In this document: positions 20,401-25,524 of the stretch, one piece after another
Layout of the letters: the number at the start of each line of letters is the position of its first letter
Position numbering within the stretch: position 1 is the stretch's first letter
NCBI GenBank assembly: GCA_965649295.1
Contig: CBFGKH010000014.1
Coordinates: 1-31,198, forward strand
Direction: 5' to 3'
Length of the DNA: 31,198 nt
From: a candidate division WOR-3 bacterium
GTDB lineage: Bacteria > Hydrothermota > Tepidihabitantia > Tepidihabitantales > Tepidihabitantaceae
Made by a program: the position numbers and the translations under genes
Notes under the pieces: generated by a model
Seen by the model: the letters and a program-made list of their open reading frames with translations, nothing else
Database searches by the model: none
What the model was told of the DNA's origin: nothing

Positions 20401-20681
20401 GGCGTTGTGTCCTCGAGAAACTCAACCCGCAAACATAGCACGCGCACGGTCACATCCTGACCCGCACGCAGGCGCCCAATCCGCTCGATATCAGCCTGGG
20501 TCGGTCGGAACCGATACCGCTCGAACGGTCGGACACCCTCCTGAAAACGGTTGTAGGACTGAATGAATCGGCCTGTCTGTTCGGCCTCGCCCGCAATCGG
20601 TCGGCGCTGCGAGCGGACAAGCTGTACCCGCGCCCCATACGCCACCGCCACAAACAGCAGCAGCGGCAGAAGCCACTTCAC
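17457..20681 (-). CDS. Secreted M6-family (immune inhibitor A-like) zinc metalloprotease with FG-GAP/VCBS repeats and T9SS type-A-like C-terminal domain (likely GTG start 20681)
   Basis: Signal peptide KWLLPLLLFVAVAYG; IFHAG, HEFAHLLGAYDLYD, WSLM.YG Met-turn, EYFLIENRQ, SGILIWHVDE; repeated AD.DGDG..E.V motifs; tail VWPNP..FD...PGMY.VRL..K.AIVR. Confidence 0.9.
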   Translation of the reverse strand: MKWLLPLLLFVAVAYGARVQLVRSQRRPIAGEAEQTGRFIQSYNRFQEGVRPFERYRFRPTQADIERIGRLRAGQDVTVRVLCLRVEFLEDTTPLTTGNGKMDTLGFYPAGYESMPLFNDPPHFKRYFERQMEGVRNYFRSQSLGRLNVEYTVMPEDEKSCYQLPREMQFYGDTASYFAIELGLVRLMRDAFRVADLDPAIDFSRYDEFIIFHAGSGLQADFGLRRDSPFDLLAGEIPAGAIEAYLGEPYILVDSGRVRIEQATVLPEMMRQDTMFGDQTNVLGMTGLAGTLCHEFAHLLGAYDLYDVTGVTMGVGSWSLMGYGGWLGDYGAGVPPGSIPGFLDAFHRYWLGWISPLVVRVPRESVPVFAAAMDTMNFAGWDDTLRPTIVKIPITTSEYFLIENRQVDVRQPDTIDIDMEDGVMISVTYGEYDFFQPGSGILIWHVDERIIADYGPYNAVNIDPGHKGVDLEEGDGVQDYDVPYWRSRAPDYEIYGYKFDPFFKGGYNDKFTARTAPNSDGYTGKSLLAVTLLGYADSADRLKDTVIPVRIEWELGRTGFPIAAAGAPFLSAHAADMDGDNRLELVTLDTLGVLRIWRDTGTVFRSINTGGPTRMAPAVGDVIGDSRPEVVVAQNSGRVVVIRNDGGPVVTMNAADHVFAAPVLSDLDGDGKKEILLGAGDGRLYAWDGQGNVLAGFPVDIGAEIRAPVAVTDTTRPQIVVLTGDSRLYLVGADGSLASGFPLTLGTAPYYATAQPIVGDFDRDGSPEIAVVAPGSNRLRLVVTDLAGNVEYASSELVPSGFSGATASADMNGDGRPDVLAAGMNRLFAFNPNGTLVSNYPFEQDSTFVTTELAGNWIISYETYFQYTSAPAIADIDGDGRNDIVIGSPQYGVLGFSGTNGRSLDLFPLLTTSSVSAVPLLADLDGNGTAELAVGSDLGVFYVWNLPARADRIVWSGIYHDPCHTGLLCDNELPSLPTPTAAMVSSFYVWPNPAGAEARVRYRLGPGQSVVRVRLFDMAAEPVGLEYQGPAVPELDNELVLDATRYAPGMYVVRLQVENGGRTEVKFTKLAIVR

Positions 20682-20684
20682 TGC

Positions 20685-20724
20685 CTGTCCACTAGACGAC
20701 TTGTTCACTGGACCACTTGACCAC
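20685..20724. repeat. Five imperfect tandem 8-mers between tRNA-Ser and the protease start
   Basis: Minus strand reads GTGGTCAA GTGGTCCA GTGAACAA GTCGTCTA GTGGACAG. Confidence 0.6.
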
Positions 20725-20740
20725 ATCCGGCCACGCAATC

Positions 20741-20830
20741 TGGCGGAGAGAGAGGGATTTGAACCCCCGATACCCTTACGGGTATACGTGATTTCGAGTC
20801 ACGCGCCATCGTCCACTCGGCCATCTCTCC
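20741..20830 (-). tRNA. tRNA-Ser(CGA), CCA encoded
   Basis: GGAGAGA acceptor stem, CGTGA-CT-CGA-AA-TCACG anticodon arm, long variable arm, GTTCAAATC T-loop, ends GCCA. Confidence 0.97.
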
Positions 20831-21302
20831 GTGATTCAGTTCGCCGGCGACTGAAGAACCGCTGCAACAGCTCTGCCGCCTCATCAGCCCGCACGCCAGC
20901 ACTGACAACCAGCCGATGATTGAACCGGTTGTCTGCCGCAATATCATACTGCGAGCCGAGGCAGCCGAACTTCGGGTCCGACGCCCCGAACACCACCCGT
21001 TCGGGCCGGGCCAAAATCAGCGCACCGGTACACATCAGGCAAGGCTCAATCGTCACGTAAACAGTCGCCCCGGCCAGCCGCCAGTTACCAATCGCCGCCG
21101 CGGCCGCACCAAGCGCCAGAATCTCGGCATGGGCAGTCGGGTCAAGTAACGCCTCGGTGCGGTTATGGCCGCGACCAATCACCGCTCCGGCCCGAACCAC
21201 CACACAGCCGACCGGCACCTCGCCTTCGGCCTCAGCCAGCCGGGCCTCGTCCAAAGCGAGAGCCATCCAGCGTTCGTCTTCAGCCCTATTCGGTTGTAGC
21301 AA
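20799..21302 (-). CDS. tadA: tRNA adenosine(34) deaminase
   Basis: DE.WM..AL, GEVPVG, DPTAHAE, WRL....YVT.EPC.MC.GA, FGA.DPK.G, FNH and LLQ.FF..RR motifs. The last 32 nt overlap tRNA-Ser. Confidence 0.96.
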   Translation of the reverse strand: MLQPNRAEDERWMALALDEARLAEAEGEVPVGCVVVRAGAVIGRGHNRTEALLDPTAHAEILALGAAAAAIGNWRLAGATVYVTIEPCLMCTGALILARPERVVFGASDPKFGCLGSQYDIAADNRFNHRLVVSAGVRADEAAELLQRFFSRRRTESRRDGRVDDGA

Positions 21303-21304
21303 AA

Positions 21305-21378
21305 CGCGCCCGGCGCGACTCGAACGCGCAACCTACGGATTCGTAGTCCGGCACTCTATCCAATTGAGCTACGGGCGC
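21305..21378 (-). tRNA. tRNA-Arg(ACG), no encoded CCA
   Basis: GCGCCCG/CGGGCGC acceptor stem, AGCTCAATTGGATAGAG D-arm, CT-ACG-AA anticodon loop, GTTCGAGTC T-loop. Confidence 0.96.
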
Positions 21379-21392
21379 GTGTCTTCGGGGCT

Positions 21393-21420
21393 ATTCTATT
21401 GGCTGGCGCTGACCAGTCAA
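21393..21420 (-). promoter_or_regulatory. Putative sigma70 promoter of tRNA-Arg-tadA-tRNA-Ser
   Basis: TTGACT-16 bp-TAGAAT, 14 nt before the tRNA 5' end. Confidence 0.7.
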
Positions 21421-21878
21421 GGACTGTCCGACTCTGGCGGCGGCAGTGGTTCCTCGGCTGACCGGAACCACTTGCCCATGCTGATAACCTCTTGTTCGAC
21501 AAAGCCACACTTGCGGTAGAAATCCACCACCCCGATCTTATCCGGATCAATCTGAATCTTCACCCGCGGACAGCCCTGCTCCCGCAGCCAGTTCTCGGCA
21601 TACTCGACCATCGCCCGACCGATGCCGCGGCGCTGATAATCCGGCCTTACTGCCAGCCGGTAGAGCCAGCCGCGCAGGCCGTCATAACCGACAATCACCG
21701 TTGCCACAATCTGGCCGTCATAGACTCCAACAAAGAACGAGTCCGGGCTGTGCCGCAGCTTCTTCTGAATGTCGTTGCGCGGGTTGACTGCGCCCCGCAA
21801 CAGCCCAGCACTCTGCCAGACACCGAGCACGCTGTCGGTGTCCTCAATAACGAACCGGCGAATCTCAAGACCTTTCAT
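21417..21878 (-). CDS. GNAT family acetyltransferase (YpeA-like)
   Basis: NPRNDI..K, GYDG.RGW.Y.LAV.P..Q.RG.GR and FY..CGF motifs; ATG 21878. Confidence 0.88.
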   Translation of the reverse strand: MKGLEIRRFVIEDTDSVLGVWQSAGLLRGAVNPRNDIQKKLRHSPDSFFVGVYDGQIVATVIVGYDGLRGWLYRLAVRPDYQRRGIGRAMVEYAENWLREQGCPRVKIQIDPDKIGVVDFYRKCGFVEQEVISMGKWFRSAEEPLPPPESDSP

Positions 21879-21919
21879 CGTGCCGGTCAAGACTACGGCC
21901 AGCACCCGTGCCGGTCAAG
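21879..21919 (-). promoter_or_regulatory. Putative promoter of the GNAT gene, embedded in a 13-bp direct repeat
   Basis: TTGACC-17 bp-TAGTCT; CTTGACCGGCACG occurs at 21919..21907 and 21891..21879. Confidence 0.55.
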
Positions 21920-21925
21920 TCGGCA

Positions 21926-23566
21926 CTAGAGGTCGCGCCGCCGGGCACGCCAGCGCCGCACCACCCGATCAACATCCATCTCGTGAATACCGGCGGTCCA
22001 CCACTTCGCATACTGCACATCGGCACTCTCTGGTTTGGGATTGGGGCAGTCAATCAAGACCCGGGTCGGCAAAGCCACCGCATCACCCAGAAGCAGCGCC
22101 TCACCGGTTCGCAGTGCCGGCAGCATTGCCAAGAGCCCGGCCAACGAATCCGGCACGAGCCGGCGCACATAGTCCTGGTCATCCGGATTGGTCAGCCGCA
22201 TCGCCACAAAGTTGTTACACTGCGACAAGACCGTTTCCGAAAGCTCCTTTGGCCGCTGTGACACAATCACCGTACCGATGCCATACTTTCGGCCCTCCTT
22301 CATTATCCGCTCAATCGCGGTTCGGGCTGCCGAAAAGCGAGCATCCTGCCGGTTCGGCACATAATTGTGCGCCTCCTCCAGCACCAACAGCACCGGAAAC
22401 CGGTCCCGCTCCGGATTCCAGAGATTGAACTCAAACACCATCCGCGAGACAACCGCCACCACCACCCCGACCGCCTCTGACGGCACGCCCGACAGGTCAA
22501 TAATCGCCATTTTCTTACCGGTATTGATTGAAAGATAGTCCCGCAGCAACTGGCCCAGACTGTCATTGTCGGCATAGCGCTCGGGCGCAAACATAAACCG
22601 ATACCGCGGGTCACTCACCTTCGAATCAAACCGAATCAGAAACCGGTCAAACGCGCCGTAAAGCGGCCCTGGCTCCAGCTCGCCCTTTGCATTCGGCACC
22701 ATCTGAATATTCCACGACCGAATCTGACCCAAAAGGTCCTCAAGACTGAACCAGACCGGCGAATCCGCGGTCACCCTCGCCCCCTTGCGCAGATTAGCCT
22801 CGCCCACCGTGCCCTCTCGCGCCCGCAACAAGGCATCACGCAGCACCGTCACCTGATTGCGAGCAGTAGCCTCGCTCATATCAATCGTCAGGTCCTGAAA
22901 CTCCTCAAAGTTCATCACCCAATACGGCATCTCCACTTTATCCGGATGCACGAACAAAACATCGTCCTCGGCAAACGCCGCTGCATACTCACCGTGCAAG
23001 TCGAGCACTACGATATGCGTATCCGGATACTTCCGCACCGCCTGTTGCAACATCGAGACCACGGCACACGACTTGCCGCAACCGGTCGTGCCCAGCACCG
23101 CCACATGCTGACCAAAGAAACGGTCAATGTTCACAAACGCTCGCTCATTCGGCGCCTGTGACGGCCGCCCAAAAGAATAACCGTATTCGTGAAACTCCGA
23201 GAAGATGTGCGACAGCTCAGCCACAGCCACCATCTGCGCCGGCTGGCCCACATTCGGATAGACCGCTACTCCCCGTTCAAACTTGCCCTGCTCTGACAGC
23301 GTCCCTATCAAAATGCAGTCGGCAATCCGGCGACAGGCCGCATCCGGCCCAGCACTGCCCAGCAAGGGCCGACCGCACTCCATCCGCACGCTCGCCACAA
23401 TGCCAATAACACTGTGGTCTGCAAAAGGAATCTTCAGATGCGAACCGGGCTGGCCCGGATAATAATCTGCTGCCAGCGGCTGTGTTGGGTCAGCGGTCAG
23501 CTCAACTAGCGCCCGCTCACCACTCACCTCAACAACATAACCAATATCAGTATCAAGACGATGCAT
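21926..23566 (-). CDS. HerA-like (DUF87 / HerA-FtsK superfamily) ATPase with N-terminal beta-barrel
   Basis: H.AVLGTTGCGKS Walker A, DLHGEY, LVLEEAHNY Walker B, EGRKYG, VSQRP.EL..TVLSQC and RLTN..DQ motifs; GAAGGAG RBS. Confidence 0.9.
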   Translation of the reverse strand: MHRLDTDIGYVVEVSGERALVELTADPTQPLAADYYPGQPGSHLKIPFADHSVIGIVASVRMECGRPLLGSAGPDAACRRIADCILIGTLSEQGKFERGVAVYPNVGQPAQMVAVAELSHIFSEFHEYGYSFGRPSQAPNERAFVNIDRFFGQHVAVLGTTGCGKSCAVVSMLQQAVRKYPDTHIVVLDLHGEYAAAFAEDDVLFVHPDKVEMPYWVMNFEEFQDLTIDMSEATARNQVTVLRDALLRAREGTVGEANLRKGARVTADSPVWFSLEDLLGQIRSWNIQMVPNAKGELEPGPLYGAFDRFLIRFDSKVSDPRYRFMFAPERYADNDSLGQLLRDYLSINTGKKMAIIDLSGVPSEAVGVVVAVVSRMVFEFNLWNPERDRFPVLLVLEEAHNYVPNRQDARFSAARTAIERIMKEGRKYGIGTVIVSQRPKELSETVLSQCNNFVAMRLTNPDDQDYVRRLVPDSLAGLLAMLPALRTGEALLLGDAVALPTRVLIDCPNPKPESADVQYAKWWTAGIHEMDVDRVVRRWRARRRDL

Positions 23567-23675
23567 TGCCTACTCCTTCCAAAACCAGCAGACGATTGTG
23601 ACCACGAGAAAAACCGACTCCGGCCAGAGCCGACAGGATGGAAAACCACAACCCAGAGAACTACGCAAGCCTCAC

Positions 23676-23704
23676 ATCATACCGGACAAACGCCAGTTAC
23701 GCAA
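23676..23704 (-). promoter_or_regulatory. Putative promoter of the HerA-like gene
   Basis: TTGCGT-17 bp-TATGAT, ~110 nt upstream of the ATG. Confidence 0.5.
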
Positions 23705-24201
23705 GCAATACCGGCCCTCCGCCGCTGGCCCCTAGCTTGGCCGCCTAACCCCGCGCCCTGCGGCTGAACCCTGCAGGACGGATGCTACTCCTGACACGAT
23801 TGATTGCCCCAGCCCGTTGCAATCTCCTTGCCTCACGGCAATACTCACCCAACTCAGAACTCCTAAGGACAGAGAGAAACAAACATGCCTGCAGATGCAC
23901 GACACAGCTCTGGCAAAGGCCAAGTTCCCGACATCTCCAGCAAGGCCGTCTGAATCTTGTACGCAGACTCAGACACAGAGAGCTCCGGCAACGTATCTGA
24001 AGACAGCTCCCCCAGCTCGTCGGCAAGTAGCTCAGAGAGGACATTCAGTGACTACTACGGCAAGCCCATCAGGGGCCATCCCCGGGACAAGGGAGGGGGG
24101 AGTTGGAAGAACTGGGCTATCAGATTACAGGCCCTGGAGTTACAGCCTACCAGCCCCAACAGCCCTTGCACCCTAAAACAGGTGCAACCGTCCGGAACAC
24201 C

Positions 24202-24234
24202 GTCATTCCGAGGCCGCATCGCGGCCGAGGAATC
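24202..24234 (+). repeat. REP-like palindromic element (GTCAT..GGAATC type)
   Basis: GTCATTCCGAGGCCGCATCGCGGCCGAGGAATC with internal GGCCGC/GCGGCC inverted repeat; resembles the element at 25103. Confidence 0.5.
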
Positions 24235-24250
24235 GCCGCCAACGCCGCCC

Positions 24251-24285
24251 AAAACAGGCAGGGGCGCGGCCGCGCCCCTGCTGTT
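24251..24285 (-). terminator. Probable intrinsic terminator of the FlgD-CTD gene
   Basis: Perfect 24-nt palindrome GCAGGGGCGCGGCCGCGCCCCTGC (24258..24281) followed by CTGTTTT on the minus strand, ~24 nt after the stop. Confidence 0.65.
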
Positions 24286-24304
24286 CGAGGAGGTGAGAAC
24301 GTGC

Positions 24305-24976
24305 CTAGTCAGTCAGAACAATCTTGGCTGTCGCCCGGTCTGTACCTGCCACCAGCCGCACAAGATAAATCCCTGTCGCCAACCGCTGGCCGCGACTGTT
24401 CCTGCCGTCCCAGACAAGCAAGTGTTCACCTGCCGGCAACACGCCGTCGGCAAGGACCCGCACAAGCGTGCCGGTGCCGTCATAAACCTCAAGTCGGGAC
24501 TGGGCCTCACGTCCAAGCCTCGCTTGCAGTCCGACCTGACCGAAGGCAATCGGCCAAACCCGCAGTCCAACACTGACGCGGGTCTCAGCCGACTGGGCCT
24601 CGCTCGTACCAACGGTTACCAACCGAAACTTGACCATCGGAATCGTTGGCGCCAGGTCGGGCAGCTCATACCACGAATCCTCAACCGGCGGGTCAATGTT
24701 CAGGTCAAACTCCTGTGCCCGGTCAACCGTTCCGAACACCCGTAGCCGCATCGGCCATTCTTGAACGCGCTCGAAGTCGAACGTATCGTACTCCATCGAA
24801 TCGGCACCCCAGCCACGGGTGACGTAGAAATGGACACCACCGCCAACAAAAACGGCAACACTGTCAACATCCACGCGATAGCTGCCGCTGGCAAGCACAC
24901 CCTGCATGAAGCGGTTCTGCGCCGGGCACAAACCGGCTAGCAGCAACAATATAGATAGCACTGATACTAAGCGCAC
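24305..24976 (-). CDS. Small secreted protein with FlgD-Ig/T9SS-like C-terminal domain
   Basis: Signal peptide; C-terminal VYD..G.LVR.L....AG.H...WDG.N..G..LA.G.Y.VRL...K.VL; AAGGGAG RBS. Confidence 0.85.
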   Translation of the reverse strand: MRLVSVLSILLLLAGLCPAQNRFMQGVLASGSYRVDVDSVAVFVGGGVHFYVTRGWGADSMEYDTFDFERVQEWPMRLRVFGTVDRAQEFDLNIDPPVEDSWYELPDLAPTIPMVKFRLVTVGTSEAQSAETRVSVGLRVWPIAFGQVGLQARLGREAQSRLEVYDGTGTLVRVLADGVLPAGEHLLVWDGRNSRGQRLATGIYLVRLVAGTDRATAKIVLTD

Positions 24977-25018
24977 GCAAAACTCCCTTCGCCGCCGACT
25001 TGCGGCAACTAGTGCACC

Positions 25019-25046
25019 ATCATACCAACGAGACCCGGTTGGTCAA
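25019..25046 (-). promoter_or_regulatory. Putative promoter of the FlgD-CTD gene
   Basis: TTGACC-16 bp-TATGAT. Confidence 0.6.
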
Positions 25047-25068
25047 GAGGCCAAGATGAACGGCCCTC

Positions 25069-25149
25069 GTAATCCCGACCAAGCGAGTCCTCACCACTTT
25101 CTGTCATCCCGACCGGAGCGGAACGAAGTGGAGCGAAGTGGAGGGATCT
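25069..25149 (+). repeat. REP-like element(s) (GTCATCCCGACCGGAGCG...GTGGAGGGATCT) with a partial upstream copy
   Basis: GTAATCCCGACCAAGCG at 25069 and GTCATCCCGACCGGAGCG at 25103; CGAAGTGGAG occurs twice in tandem. Confidence 0.5.
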
Positions 25150-25264
25150 TCTCCCTCTCATCCCGCGCCCAGCGATTCCTCGTCGCCCGACTCCTCCGGC
25201 TGGCAGGGACAAGCGCCTTCCCCGGCCCTTTCCGGCCCCAATCACCAGCCCTTCATTTTCCCTA

Positions 25265-25292
25265 TTGACACCACATATAGGGGGTTTATACT
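25265..25292 (+). promoter_or_regulatory. Near-consensus sigma70 promoter of the giant surface protein gene
   Basis: TTGACA-16 bp-TATACT. Confidence 0.75.
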
Positions 25293-25298
25293 GAAATC

Positions 25299-25524
25299 GC
25301 CGAACCGGGTTACCGGCAGAACCCGTCATAAGCACAATCTGGACGGTAAAGACACCTGCGCTCATACCGGGTGCGGTGTTCCTGCCGTAATCCGGACCGG
25401 CCTCGGTTGCTGCCGGTTTGGGCAGGCAGTAACCGGTACGAGTTGGAAGGAAAACGGTCTCCCGCGCAACGGCGGGCCGGGAGACTGCCGCACAACCGCC
25501 GGAAAGCAGTTCAAGGAGGCAAAA
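25299..25524 (+). ncRNA. Candidate structured 5' leader / cis-regulatory RNA (unassigned family)
   Basis: Three-way junction (25305..25395) plus hairpins at 25397..25446 and 25455..25487, between the promoter and the AAGGAGG RBS. Confidence 0.55.

Noticed and set aside
20682..20738. N-terminal extension of the protease given in the ORF track (likewise nadB 14032..14163 and xerD 12489..12566)
   Set aside because: The extensions precede the signal peptide or first conserved motif and overlap neighbouring genes or repeats; downstream starts fit better.
23957..24745. 262-aa plus-strand ORF, or TGA (selenocysteine) readthrough from ATG 23885
   Set aside because: Low-complexity Ser-rich start, runs through the palindromes and antisense over the real 24305..24976 gene, and has no redox motif or evident SECIS.
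25299..25524. Leader as a canonical c-di-AMP (ydaO), c-di-GMP-I or cobalamin riboswitch
   Set aside because: Only short word matches (GAACCCGTCA; GGCA..GGACG..AAAG). The defining conserved elements of each family are absent, so it is kept as unassigned.
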